A stretch of DNA of 64,000 nt from Bryobacterales bacterium (GCA_965226435.1 CBDDCY010000012.1:553138-617137); one strand, 5' to 3'; positions 10,531 to 20,276 are shown, counted from the stretch's first letter. Numbers and translations: made by a program. The notes: a model not told the origin generated them from the letters alone.

Positions 10531-11250
10531 CTACACGTCAAATTTCGCGCGGCTGAAAAACGCCGCCAACGCAACGGCCGCCAGCTCGGAGTCGGCCTTG
10601 AGCCGTCGCAAGCTCTTCCAACAACGCGGGCGCGCTATGATTTGGGCCGCCACGCGCCAACCCGAAAACGTTCCGTCGGATCGTCGCGCCCGATTAAGGT
10701 CGATCGGGAATGACGCCTCGGCCTCATCACTGATCACGCGGACGCAGAAAAACGGCAATTTCCGTGCCGCGGCTTCCGCTGCAACCGCCGAGGCTTCCAT
10801 CTCGACGGCATCCGCCCTGAGTCTAAAAAGCTCCCTTTTTCCGCGAGCCGTTTGGACAACCTCATCGACGGTCAACAAAGAGCCGTGCGCAGGCTTCCGC
10901 CCTCCCGACCAAGTCGGTAACTTTACAGCATACTCCAGTCGCGGCTCGCGCTGTATGACACGTGTGGCAATGAAAACGTCCGCAAGAGAAAGTGTTTCAG
11001 CGAGGGCACCCGCGAATCCAGTCGAAATCACGGCTGCAACCGGCTGCTCGGCGCACGCGCGGCGCACAGCACACCCCGCGTTTTCTCGCCCCGGCCCGTG
11101 GGCGACGAGCAAGGCCGGACCCGCCCTCAAGGTAGTTCGCGCTTTCCAACGAAGCCCGGCTGGGGACGTCGACGGTTCGACGTCAGGGAACGCCGCGAAC
11201 TCCCGCCGGTCGGCCCCGACGACTAGCAATACCGGTTGTTCTGAAACCAT
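10531..11250 (-). CDS. hpnG: Hopanoid-associated nucleosidase/phosphorylase (PNP_UDP_1 family)
   Basis: About 240 aa phosphorylase-family protein (LLVVGADRREF..., EMEASAVAAEAA motif). It is flanked by hpnA and overlaps its 3' end by 28 nt. Confidence 0.7.
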   Translation of the reverse strand: MVSEQPVLLVVGADRREFAAFPDVEPSTSPAGLRWKARTTLRAGPALLVAHGPGRENAGCAVRRACAEQPVAAVISTGFAGALAETLSLADVFIATRVIQREPRLEYAVKLPTWSGGRKPAHGSLLTVDEVVQTARGKRELFRLRADAVEMEASAVAAEAAARKLPFFCVRVISDEAEASFPIDLNRARRSDGTFSGWRVAAQIIARPRCWKSLRRLKADSELAAVALAAFFSRAKFDV

Positions 11251-12272
11251 CGAATCGCTCGCTCGAGAGCTGCTTCCAGCGGCCCGCCCGCGAAGCCGAT
11301 TTCCCGCTCGGCCTTCGCGGACTCCACAAACATTTTCTTGCGGGCCATGCGGACGGCATCGAGCGGTGCGCGCGGCGGTCGGCCGGTGAGCCGGGCGGCG
11401 GCGGTCGAGACAGCCCCATAAGCATAGGCCGCGGCGTAGGGAATGCGGATCTTCGGCGCGGGCCGGCCGCTGATCGTCGACAACGCCTCGAAGATCTCCC
11501 GCAGCGTCATGTTTCGTCCGCCCAATATGTAACGCTCCCCGCTCACGCCTTGTTCCATGGCCGCCAAGTGACCGCGGGCAACATCACGAACATCGACCAT
11601 ATTCAAGCCGGTGTCGAGATAGGCCGGCATTGCGCCCCTGAGGAAATCGACGATGATTTGCCCCGTCGGCGTTGGCTTGCGGTCGCCCTCGCCAACCGGC
11701 GCCGTGGGGTTGACGACGACGACGGGCAATCCGTCGGCCGCGAATTCCAGCGCGACTTGCTCCGCTAGAAATTTGGAGCGCTTGTAGGCTCCTTCCATTT
11801 CCGATAGTGAGACAGGCGTGTCTTCGTTGCCCGATTCGGCGGTGCCCGGTACGCCGATGCAGCCGACCGTCGAGGTGTAGACGACGCGCTTGACGCCGGC
11901 GGCGCGGGCCGCCTGAAGAATGTTTCGGGTGCCCTGGACATTCGAGGCGTAAATTTCAGCCGGGTTCGGCGCCCACAACCGATAATCCGCGGCGACGTGG
12001 AATAGCTCGGTGCAGCCGTCGATCGCGGTTCGAAGCGACGCCGGGTCGCGCAGATCGCCGATCACCGGCTCGACCGCAAGATCCACGATACCCGCGCGGT
12101 CGCTCGACGGCCGCACCAAAGCTCGGACCGAGCGACCTTCGTCCACCAACAGGCGGGCGATGTGGGAGCCGAGGAATCCTGAAGCGCCGGTAAGGAACGT
12201 CACAATGCGCGGGAGCGGAACTGCCGGCACGCTGCATCCCGTACGCCGACCTAGGGATTGCGCGGCCTTCAA
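11223..12272 (-). CDS. hpnA: Hopanoid-associated NAD(P)-dependent sugar epimerase/dehydratase-family protein
   Basis: SDR extended-family motif FLTGASGFLGSHIARLL and catalytic YxxxK (YKRSKFLAE). Cluster position. An alternative downstream start is possible. Confidence 0.7.
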   Translation of the reverse strand: MKAAQSLGRRTGCSVPAVPLPRIVTFLTGASGFLGSHIARLLVDEGRSVRALVRPSSDRAGIVDLAVEPVIGDLRDPASLRTAIDGCTELFHVAADYRLWAPNPAEIYASNVQGTRNILQAARAAGVKRVVYTSTVGCIGVPGTAESGNEDTPVSLSEMEGAYKRSKFLAEQVALEFAADGLPVVVVNPTAPVGEGDRKPTPTGQIIVDFLRGAMPAYLDTGLNMVDVRDVARGHLAAMEQGVSGERYILGGRNMTLREIFEALSTISGRPAPKIRIPYAAAYAYGAVSTAAARLTGRPPRAPLDAVRMARKKMFVESAKAEREIGFAGGPLEAALERAIRWFQNNRYC

Positions 12273-12347
12273 CCATACGTTTTCAAACCTACCGGCCCCG
12301 GCGAGCGATAGAATCGAGCGAACTTTTTCCGCTCCAACCCGGATGTG

Positions 12348-12812
12348 CTAGCACGCACCAGGGTTCTCGTTGGGATTGATAACCTCGATACCCTCCGCCA
12401 TTGCCGCATCCAGTAACTCGTCATCAGCGCAAACGAAAGAGAATCCTTGAACGCCCACTCCGGTGCTTAGAGCGATGCAGCCGGCTAGTTGCATCGCGTC
12501 GTAGGCGCGAAGGGGATGACGGGCGATGATTGCAACCGCCTCTTCCAGGACCGACGCCGTCAAGGGCTGGACGAGAAACAAGCCTTGCAGGTCGGAATCC
12601 AGTTGTGTCAGAACATTGGCAGCTTCAGCACTCGAAACGTCTCCTCCCCGTTCCCGGCGGCGGACCGCCGAATGAAACTCCACTCGGGACACTTCGAGGA
12701 TCGCAAAGTGATCGCGCTCGGGGTCTCGCAACAAATCAGCAACCCGGCCCGACCCGATTTCTTGAATGTAGAGCTTTGCGAGCGCGCTTGTGTCCAAATA
12801 GTAGACCGCCAA
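12348..12812 (-). CDS. vapC: PIN-domain ribonuclease toxin (VapC-like)
   Basis: N-terminal YYLDTSAL (first acidic residue), plus ILEVSRVEF and RAYDAMQLA acidic positions. 154 aa. TTG start immediately after the TAA stop of the upstream ORF. Confidence 0.75.
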   Translation of the reverse strand: MAVYYLDTSALAKLYIQEIGSGRVADLLRDPERDHFAILEVSRVEFHSAVRRRERGGDVSSAEAANVLTQLDSDLQGLFLVQPLTASVLEEAVAIIARHPLRAYDAMQLAGCIALSTGVGVQGFSFVCADDELLDAAMAEGIEVINPNENPGAC

Positions 12813-13529
12813 TTACCGTCGCCCTTCAAGAATGGTTTCGGATAAGGGCCTGCCTTTGATTCGTATCGGACGGAATCGCTTTGGCTCCGGTCTCCGCGAG
12901 ACAAGGTTTGCGAAGTCGGGATGTCCCCGGTTGAGCCGTACGGTTGTGGTTGGATACATCGGCGCCTTGGGGTTATGAATCTTTGCGGTGAGTACGAGAC
13001 CGCAGTCGGTTGCCCGCCGCAGAATCCGGTTCCGTTCGGCGCCATCAACGGTCCAAGAGAAACCTCGGCCGGGGAGGTACGTGTCTCGGAACCATTTCAG
13101 AGCAACAAAGCGCCTTTCCGGGCTGCTTTCCGCTTCGTCCAGCGCCTCGATCAGATTCTTGATTCGGCTCTCGGATAGGTTTGGCGGACCCTCAACAAGG
13201 CTGTCGATTACTTCCCTCGAAAGCTCACTGTCGCCTGCCTCACGATCAGTGGTGGACGCGGCTTCATCTCTTCGTTCGTAACCAATCAATGCCTGGCACT
13301 CAGCCGGTTTCCAGTATTCAGCGGCTGCATTGCGTCGGATCCTGCGAACCCCGCGGTTTGTGCCCGGACGCACCAACAAAACTTGCGGTTCTAGGCCCTT
13401 CGGGGCCAAGTGACGAAGATCCGCCAACTCAGCCGGCAGGTCGCTGGTGTTACGCAGGGCCTTCAAGGCATTCTCAATATCCACTTGGATCTCCGCGATC
13501 GTTTTTTTCGGTTTGGGAATACGCTTCAT
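12813..13529 (-). CDS. Hypothetical 238-aa protein in the antitoxin position of the PIN module (atypically long)
   Basis: Its stop abuts the vapC start. The C-terminal tail is RPIRIKGRPLSETILEGRR. A central region (RFVALKWFRDTYLPGRGF...LVLTAKIHNP) could be a winged-helix-like fold. I recognise no family. It is preceded by an AT-rich promoter-like region. Confidence 0.5.
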   Translation of the reverse strand: MKRIPKPKKTIAEIQVDIENALKALRNTSDLPAELADLRHLAPKGLEPQVLLVRPGTNRGVRRIRRNAAAEYWKPAECQALIGYERRDEAASTTDREAGDSELSREVIDSLVEGPPNLSESRIKNLIEALDEAESSPERRFVALKWFRDTYLPGRGFSWTVDGAERNRILRRATDCGLVLTAKIHNPKAPMYPTTTVRLNRGHPDFANLVSRRPEPKRFRPIRIKGRPLSETILEGRR

Positions 13530-13660
13530 CTACATATCTCATTTAAATTAAGTCGTTTAGAGTATTAACTCAGTCGATCGGAGACTGCGACCGCCAGATA
13601 TTCTCTTATATTGTATATAAAGGTTTATAGAGTTAATATTTCGATCTTACCAGCCGCGCC
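13530..13660 (-). promoter_or_regulatory. AT-rich promoter/operator-like region upstream of the TA module
   Basis: A strikingly AT-rich stretch in a GC-rich genome (ttaaattaagtcgtttagagtattaactc ... ttgtatataaaggtttatagagttaatatttcg). It contains the direct repeat TAGAGT(A)TTAA at 13558-13569 and 13628-13639. Confidence 0.4.
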
Positions 13661-13800
13661 CAGCGGTCGTCAAGCCCAGCACGATAGAGAGATCCCGGCA
13701 GGTTCGCGGAATGGTTCGCGCGGCGGGGGCCCGGCATTCCGGCGGTATCGCCTTGGGCCGCGCAAAAAGCAGGGCCGAGCACCGGCCGCGAGGAGGAGTC

Positions 13801-14919
13801 CTACGACAGCACCCAGCTCAGCATTTTCAAACTGTCGCCGAGCCGTGCGTTCACGCCCAAGGCCGCCGAGGGCTCGTAGCCGCAATGCACCAAACAGTGC
13901 TCGCAACGTTCATCGTTGCCGCGGCCGTAGTTTTGCCACGGCGTTTGATTCATCAATTCGTCGAAGGTCTCCCAATGGGCGTCGGTGATCAGGTAACAGG
14001 GACCCTTCCAACCGCGGACGTTGTAGGTCGGGTTGCCCCAAGCGGTACAAGGCAACTCGCGCTCGCCTTTCAAGAATTCCAAATACGCCGGCGTCGAGGT
14101 CAGCCGAAAGCGCCGAAAGATACGATCGATGTCTCGAAACTTCTCGTGCACTTCTTCCCGCGTCAAGAAGATCTCACGGGTGCCCACGGCCGCGTAACCG
14201 TAGGCGGGCGACAGCATATGCCCGTCGACGCCGAGCGGTTCGAGAAATTCATAGAGCGCTTCGATCTCCTTCATGTCCGTCTCGCGGTAGACGGTCGTGT
14301 TGGTGCAAACCATGAAGCCGGCCTTCTTCGCCGCGCGGATACCCTCGATCGCCTCGTCGAATACGCCCTCGCGCTCCACGGCCAGATCGTGCGTTTCTCG
14401 TAATCCATCCAAGTGGACATTGAAAAATAATCGATTGCACGGCTGAAACTCGTGCAGCCGCTTGACCAGAAACATGCCGTTCGTACAAAGGTAGACGTGA
14501 CGTTTGCGTTCTAAAATACTCGCCGCTAACGGCCCGATTTGTGGATACATCATCGGCTCGCCGCCGCATATCGAAACAATTGGCGCGCCGCACTCATCCA
14601 CGGCGGCGAGGCATTTTTCAAGCGGAATGCGCTCGGTGATCGTCTCGTCGTATTCGCGAATGCGACCACAGCCGGTGCAGGTCAAGTTGCAGGCGTGCAG
14701 GGGCTCGAGCATCAGCACCAGCGGGAAGCGCCTTCGCAAGTAGGGATGCGGAACCGCGTCACCGGAAATCCGCGTCGGGGCCGAGCCGTTCGCCAGAATC
14801 GGAAACGGGCCGGCACCGGCCGCCGGCGTCGGATCGCCCTGCCAACGAGCCGGAGGTCGCAGCCTATTCTTGGTGATGTAGGCGCCAAGCCGCACGGCGG
14901 TTTCGAGGGGAATGCGCAT
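13801..14919 (-). CDS. hpnH: Adenosylhopane synthase (radical SAM)
   Basis: Radical-SAM cluster motif CNLTCTGC. 372 aa, with the C-terminal Cys-rich region (CEHCLVHCGYE) typical of HpnH. Adjacent to shc. Confidence 0.85.
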   Translation of the reverse strand: MRIPLETAVRLGAYITKNRLRPPARWQGDPTPAAGAGPFPILANGSAPTRISGDAVPHPYLRRRFPLVLMLEPLHACNLTCTGCGRIREYDETITERIPLEKCLAAVDECGAPIVSICGGEPMMYPQIGPLAASILERKRHVYLCTNGMFLVKRLHEFQPCNRLFFNVHLDGLRETHDLAVEREGVFDEAIEGIRAAKKAGFMVCTNTTVYRETDMKEIEALYEFLEPLGVDGHMLSPAYGYAAVGTREIFLTREEVHEKFRDIDRIFRRFRLTSTPAYLEFLKGERELPCTAWGNPTYNVRGWKGPCYLITDAHWETFDELMNQTPWQNYGRGNDERCEHCLVHCGYEPSAALGVNARLGDSLKMLSWVLS

Positions 14920-15042
14920 GATGTCCGTCGGTGAGCAGGTTCAATCGCCTGCCGCGGCTGTCCAAGTCGGAATCGTCGTTCGCGGCAGCCCCGATCCGTT
15001 GCCGCGTTCGTTGGCGTCGGTTGCCGTCCCGCGGGCCGGTCG

Positions 15043-16986
15043 CTACAGCGCCTTGGCGTACTCGGCCATGGCCAGTAACGGAAAATACTGCCGATAGAGA
15101 TCGTACTTCAAATAGAAAACGCCGGGGAAACCGGTTCCGGTGTAGTTCCATTCGCTCCACGAGCCGTCGGGACTCTGTGTTTCGAGCAAGTAACGGATCC
15201 CCGCCTCGACGCTGCCCGAGCGATTGTCTCCCGAGGCCAACAGTCCCAGCAACGCCCATGCCGTCTGTGAGGCCGTGCTCTCTCCCTCGGTCTTCTGTCT
15301 GGGATCATCGTACCCGGCGCAGCTTTCTCCCCAACCGCCGTCGGCGTTCTGGATCGAACGCAGCCATTCCCCGGCGCGGATGATGTAGGCCTCGCGGGGA
15401 TCCTCGCCCGCCGCCGCCAAACCCCGTAGAGCGAAACACGTGCCGTAGATATAGTTCACACCCCAACGCCCGAACCAGCCGCCGTCGTCTTCCTGCGTTC
15501 GTTTGAGAAACTCGACTCCCCGCCGCACGGCCGGATGGGACTCTCCCGGGCCGACCGTGCATAGCGCGTCCAAAACCCGCCCGGTCAAATCCGGGCAGGT
15601 CGGGTCGAGCATCGCGTTGTGGTCGGCGAAGGGAACATGGTTGAACAGGCGATTGTTGTTGTCCACGTCAAACGCGCCCCAACCGCCGTCCTTCGACTGC
15701 ATGCTGAGCAGCCATTTCACTCCGCGCCGTACGGCCGCGCGTTGAGCATCGAGGTTCGTCGCCTTGGCATGGCTCAACGCCAAAAGCACCTGCGCGGTGT
15801 CGTCGGTATCGGGATAAAACTCGTTCGCGAATTCGAAGTACCAGCCTCCCGGCTCGCCTGCTCGGTTTCTCACCGCCCAGTCGCCCGGCCGGCGCACTTC
15901 CTTCGTCAGCAACCAGTCGGCCGCGCGGCGCAAAGCCCCGCCGACCTCTTCGGAAGGATTCGGGAAAGCCGTTCCGACGGCGGCCGCCGCCAAGCCCGTG
16001 TCCCACACCGGCGACAGGCAGGGCTGTAGGCGCATCGTGCCGCTGTCGTCGTCGCCCTGCTCGATGATCAGCTCGTCGAACTTCTCGATCTGTCGCCGCA
16101 GCAACGGGTCGTCAAGCCCGTAGCCCAGCTCGGTCAGCGCCATGATGCAATTCATCATGGCCGGGAAGATCGCGCCCAGCCCGTCGGAATGCTCAAGCCT
16201 TTCGATCATCCAACGCGATGTGGCGCGAACCGCCTTGCGGCGCGCCCTTCGAATCCCAACGCGTTCCCAAACCTTGAGCGCGCGGTCGGCCAATAAGAAG
16301 AGATTGCCGGGGTCAAACAGATTGCCTTGCGCCCGCTGAGCATCCTTCGAAAGCTCATCCAAATCAATACCCGTCGGCATGGGGCGAGAAGCTCCCAACG
16401 CGCCCAAAATCGCCAACGGAGCGATAATGGCGCGCGTCCATGACGACATGTCATAGACGCTGAACTTGGCTTTGTCGGGAAGCAGGAATAGCTCGGGGGG
16501 GATCGTCGGCGTCTTGGCGCGGTCGTAGAGCCCGAAGAAACTTAGATAAATCTTGGTATAGCTGTTGGTCGCCTCGACGCCGCCCAACTGGAGAATCCGC
16601 CGCTTGGCGTGAACCAGCCGCTCGTCGTCGGCGCCGTACCCGGTTAGCCGCAGGGCCAGATAGGCCTTGACCGAAGCGCTGACATTCACCGGCCCGCCCG
16701 GATAGATGTTCCAACCGCCGTCGGGAAGCTGCCGGCTGAGAATGTAGCGGGCGGCCCGTGCGATTCGATCGACGGTCGGAGGCCCCCAAGACCCCGCTCG
16801 GGGCGGGTAGAGCCACAATTGCAGCAGGATGTAGTCGGATTCAAGCGAGGTGTCGGCTTCCAGTTCACCGATCCACCAGCCGCCGGGCGACTGGCGGGCG
16901 AGCAAGCAGCCGGCGGCCGCGCGCACGGCCGAGTGGATCTCGGAATGTCGATCCGGAGCGAGAGTTTGTACCGCCGCTGTACTCAA
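15043..16986 (-). CDS. shc: Squalene-hopene cyclase
   Basis: 647 aa. Catalytic DxDDTA motif (YPDTDDTAQVLLAL). Repeated QW-type motifs (QSPDGSWSEW, QNADGGWGES, QEDDGGWFGRWG, QSKDGGWGAF). Confidence 0.95.
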   Translation of the reverse strand: MSTAAVQTLAPDRHSEIHSAVRAAAGCLLARQSPGGWWIGELEADTSLESDYILLQLWLYPPRAGSWGPPTVDRIARAARYILSRQLPDGGWNIYPGGPVNVSASVKAYLALRLTGYGADDERLVHAKRRILQLGGVEATNSYTKIYLSFFGLYDRAKTPTIPPELFLLPDKAKFSVYDMSSWTRAIIAPLAILGALGASRPMPTGIDLDELSKDAQRAQGNLFDPGNLFLLADRALKVWERVGIRRARRKAVRATSRWMIERLEHSDGLGAIFPAMMNCIMALTELGYGLDDPLLRRQIEKFDELIIEQGDDDSGTMRLQPCLSPVWDTGLAAAAVGTAFPNPSEEVGGALRRAADWLLTKEVRRPGDWAVRNRAGEPGGWYFEFANEFYPDTDDTAQVLLALSHAKATNLDAQRAAVRRGVKWLLSMQSKDGGWGAFDVDNNNRLFNHVPFADHNAMLDPTCPDLTGRVLDALCTVGPGESHPAVRRGVEFLKRTQEDDGGWFGRWGVNYIYGTCFALRGLAAAGEDPREAYIIRAGEWLRSIQNADGGWGESCAGYDDPRQKTEGESTASQTAWALLGLLASGDNRSGSVEAGIRYLLETQSPDGSWSEWNYTGTGFPGVFYLKYDLYRQYFPLLAMAEYAKAL

Positions 16987-17084
16987 GTGCTCAACTCCCA
17001 GTTAACTCTACAGAAGAACGCGGGGCGTTTCGAGTCGCCTCGGGCGCCGCATGAACTCAAAGCCCTCGTCGCTCTTGCGCCGTT

Positions 17085-18083
17085 TCATAGATTAGCGATT
17101 TGAGTCAGTTCGCCTTGATGCCCGGCCAACTCCGAAGGCAGCGGAAAACTGACGTCTTCCTCAATCACTTCGACTTCCTCGACCCGCGAAAACCCGAATC
17201 GCGCAAGCTCGTCCACGATACCCCGAACCAGCACTTCCGGCGCCGACGCTCCGGCCGTCACCGCGACGCGCCTGACTCCGCTGAACCACTCCTCGTCGAG
17301 TTGCGACTTGTCGTCGATCAGATGTCCGAGCACGCCCAGGTTTTCACCCACTTCGACAAGCCTTCTCGAATTCGAGCTGTTTTGCGAGCCCACGACCAAT
17401 AGCAAGTCGGCTCGCGGCGCGACGCGCTTCACCGCTTGCTGACGGTTTTCGGTGGCGTAACAGATATCCTTCGCCGGCGGCCCCTGAATGTCGGGGAAGC
17501 GCCGCCGCAACACTTCGATGATGACCCCGGCCTCGTCGAGGCTCAGCGTCGTCTGCGTCAAATAATAGACGTTGGCCGGGTCGGGGACCTCGACCTGCCG
17601 CGCTTCCTCGGGCGACGAGACAACGATAGTGCGCTCCGGGGCCTCTCCCATCGTCCCGATCACTTCGTCATGGTCGCGGTGGCCGATCAGCAAAATCGTA
17701 CCCCGCGTCGCGGCGAAGCGGACGGCTTCCAAATGAACTTTCGTCACCAGCGGACAAGTCGCGTCGATCACTTGCAAGCGTCGCCGCTCGGCCTGTTCAC
17801 GGACCTCGGGCGCGACGCCGTGGGCGCTGTAAACCGCGCGTCCGCCTTCGGGAACCTCATCGAGTTCGTCCACGAAAACCGCGCCGCGCGAAGCCAGGTC
17901 GCTGACGACGTGGCGATTGTGGACGATCTCTTTGCGGACATAAATCGGCGGTCCGTAGACCTGTAGGGCCAGCTCGACAATGTCGATTGCGCGCACCACG
18001 CCGGCACAAAATCCGCGCGGCTTGAGCAGATAGACGATCTTTTCGCCACCGTTTACCCAAGTGGGGGAAACGTTTTCAGCCAT
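17085..18083 (-). CDS. ispH: 4-hydroxy-3-methylbut-2-enyl diphosphate reductase
   Basis: LytB family motifs: PRGFCAGVVRAI, SAHGV, ATCPLVTKVH, VVGSQNSSNS. The start is taken at MAENVSP (18083). Confidence 0.9.
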   Translation of the reverse strand: MAENVSPTWVNGGEKIVYLLKPRGFCAGVVRAIDIVELALQVYGPPIYVRKEIVHNRHVVSDLASRGAVFVDELDEVPEGGRAVYSAHGVAPEVREQAERRRLQVIDATCPLVTKVHLEAVRFAATRGTILLIGHRDHDEVIGTMGEAPERTIVVSSPEEARQVEVPDPANVYYLTQTTLSLDEAGVIIEVLRRRFPDIQGPPAKDICYATENRQQAVKRVAPRADLLLVVGSQNSSNSRRLVEVGENLGVLGHLIDDKSQLDEEWFSGVRRVAVTAGASAPEVLVRGIVDELARFGFSRVEEVEVIEEDVSFPLPSELAGHQGELTQIANL

Positions 18084-18216
18084 CGAATTTTCCGATCGAG
18101 AGCAATAGCAAAATATAGCCCGCCGCCCGCCGCATCGCAAAGGCGTCTCTATAGCTTACAGTAGCGGCTCGGGGGTTACGGCGGAAACCTTCAATAGCAA
18201 CCGACGATATCGCGAA

Positions 18217-19371
18217 TTAACCCCCGTTGTGCATCCGTCCCGCCCGGTCGAGACGGTATCGCCGCCCCGCCCACTCGACGCGGTTCCCGAGAAAACTCGC
18301 GCACCAAACCCCGAACGCGAAAAGGTCGGCCACGAAAATCCAATGACCCCGCCGATCGACCAATTCGGACCCTAGCGCCCCCCGACCGACCGACCAAGCC
18401 GCGACTCCCCGCAGCGCCAGGCAAATCAGCGCCGCGACCGCCGCCGGGGCCTGATTCCCCGCCAACCCGAGAGTCGCGAGGCTCCAGACCGTGCCGTGTG
18501 TGAAGAGCAGCCCCGCATGTCCCCAAGGCCGCGAAACGCGCACCGTGCGCGACCACCGCAGCCAATGCCGCCCGACGTCGCGCCACCCCGCATCCGGCAC
18601 AACGGTTTCCACCACGCGCCGGGCCAAGACAACGCGCCGACCTTGCGCGGCCAGCCGACTTCCCAATTGGTAGTCATCAGCCAAGAACGGCCGCAGCGCC
18701 TCGAAGCCGCCAAGGGCATCGAGGTCGGCGCGGCGAAGCGCCATCGTCGCGCCCAACGCAAAGCGCATCCCTTGGAAACCGCGCGCCGCCAGCACCTGCC
18801 CTTGAAACTCCGTCGACACCCACAGAGCTTCGAGCAATGACGCAAAGCCCTGGGCGGGGCGGGCGCGGTACAAGCAGCTCACCAGACCGACCGCGGGGTC
18901 ATCCAACTCGGCGACAACTTCCCGGAAATAACCCGACTCGACGGTGATATCGGCGTCGTTGACCAAAAATACGTCGTGGTGGGCGCGGCGCGCCAGTTCC
19001 TCGAGCCGCCATACCTTGGCGTTGCCCGCGGGCGCGGGTCCGCACACAACGATCTCGATCGGACGGTCGGAAAATTCGGCGGCCAAGCGAGAGACCACCG
19101 CAACGGCCGGGTCGTCAGCCGTCTCGACACCGAAAAGCAGCTCGAACTCGGGATAGTCCTGTGTAGCGTGCGCTCGGAGGTTTTCTTCCAACGACCCGCC
19201 GTTGCCCTGGAGAGGCTTGAGCACCGACAGCGCCGGAGTCGCTCCGCCGACACGCGGCCCGCCGCGCCAAAAGCGCCACGCAAGCCATGTGACCGCCAAG
19301 TAATGGAACGACGCGCAAACCGTCAAAGCGACGGCAACGAACGAGAGAGGATCGCTCACCAACTCCGTCAC
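18217..19371 (-). CDS. hpnI: Hopanoid glycosyltransferase (GT21/ceramide-glucosyltransferase-like)
   Basis: N-terminal TM helix, then SVLKPLQG...QDYPEFELLFGV, a D-x-D region (LVNDADI), and C-terminal TM helices. It lies directly downstream of ispH and shc. Confidence 0.65.
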   Translation of the reverse strand: MTELVSDPLSFVAVALTVCASFHYLAVTWLAWRFWRGGPRVGGATPALSVLKPLQGNGGSLEENLRAHATQDYPEFELLFGVETADDPAVAVVSRLAAEFSDRPIEIVVCGPAPAGNAKVWRLEELARRAHHDVFLVNDADITVESGYFREVVAELDDPAVGLVSCLYRARPAQGFASLLEALWVSTEFQGQVLAARGFQGMRFALGATMALRRADLDALGGFEALRPFLADDYQLGSRLAAQGRRVVLARRVVETVVPDAGWRDVGRHWLRWSRTVRVSRPWGHAGLLFTHGTVWSLATLGLAGNQAPAAVAALICLALRGVAAWSVGRGALGSELVDRRGHWIFVADLFAFGVWCASFLGNRVEWAGRRYRLDRAGRMHNGG

Positions 19372-19378
19372 CGGGTGC

Positions 19379-19741
19379 CTACGTGGAAACCAACATCACG
19401 CCGCAGGTTACCAACAACGCACCCGCCCAGCGCCGCCGGGAGATCGCTTCTCCCAAGACCGTTCTCGCCAGCAACATCTCGACCACGTAACCCGCCGCCG
19501 TCGCCGGTACGGCGAAGCTGACGTCGGCGATCGAAAGCAGCGCCATGAACGCAAAGAACGACAGGGCATAGCCGACCAGCGAAAGCCAAATCACCGCGGA
19601 GCCCCCGACGCGGCGCGCCTCGCGCGCCAGCGACCGCGGACGAAAATCGTCGATCAGTCCCAAGCGCCGCATCCCGGCGGCTTTCAGGAGATCGCCGGCG
19701 ACCGTCCCCCCGACAACCAACAGCAGCAAGAAGAACTTCAA
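19379..19741 (-). CDS. Small EamA/DMT half-transporter (4 TM), ArnE/ArnF-like
   Basis: 120 aa and hydrophobic, with 4 predicted helices. Its start overlaps the upstream paralog by 4 nt, and its stop is 7 nt from the hpnI start. Confidence 0.6.
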   Translation of the reverse strand: MKFFLLLLVVGGTVAGDLLKAAGMRRLGLIDDFRPRSLAREARRVGGSAVIWLSLVGYALSFFAFMALLSIADVSFAVPATAAGYVVEMLLARTVLGEAISRRRWAGALLVTCGVMLVST

Positions 19742-20145
19742 GCCGCGCCGCCTGGGGGTCGATCAGCCGTTGACGCCGGGGTCGATCCGACCACGCCCAC
19801 CCCGAAGGTAATCAGCACCGTCCCGGCCCAACGTGCGGCGGAAACGGTTTCTCCGAGCACCAACCAACCGAGCACCGCGACCAGTACGTACCCGATCGAC
19901 GTCACCAGCAAGACATAGCTGAGGTCGGCCCGACTCAGCACCAAGGCGTGAGCGACGAAGAAAATCAGCAGCAGGACGACGCCCGCCGTCACCCAGGGGT
20001 TGATGAACGCCCGCAGCCCCCCTTGAACCATGGCCAAGGGAGAGTAAGAGGCGATGTCACCCACCTGTTGCATGCCGTAACCGAGCACGATGTTGCCCGC
20101 GGCGTTCGTGACGATCACGATGAGCAGAAGGTAGGCGGTTTTCAT
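19738..20145 (-). CDS. Small EamA/DMT half-transporter (4 TM), ArnE/ArnF-like
   Basis: 135 aa with 4 predicted helices (MKTAYLLLIVIVTNAAGNIVLGYGMQ...). Paralog of the downstream gene. Confidence 0.6.
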   Translation of the reverse strand: MKTAYLLLIVIVTNAAGNIVLGYGMQQVGDIASYSPLAMVQGGLRAFINPWVTAGVVLLLIFFVAHALVLSRADLSYVLLVTSIGYVLVAVLGWLVLGETVSAARWAGTVLITFGVGVVGSTPASTADRPPGGAA

Positions 20146-20172
20146 GGTGACCGGATCGAGCCGCGGCTCCCA

Positions 20173-20276
20173 GGGGCTGTGAAAAAATGGGAGTCCACTT
20201 CGCGCCGGATGCGGTTACTGATTCAATGGAACTTATTCGGTCGGCGCTCGGGACAGCCCCATTTTTTCACAGCCCC
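20173..20276 (-). repeat. MITE-like palindromic repeat, copy 1 (inverted relative to copies 2 and 3)
   Basis: Termini ggggctgtgaaaaaatggg...cccattttttcacagcccc. Its reverse complement aligns along the full length with the copies at 46313-46421 and 48847-48954. Confidence 0.85.
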
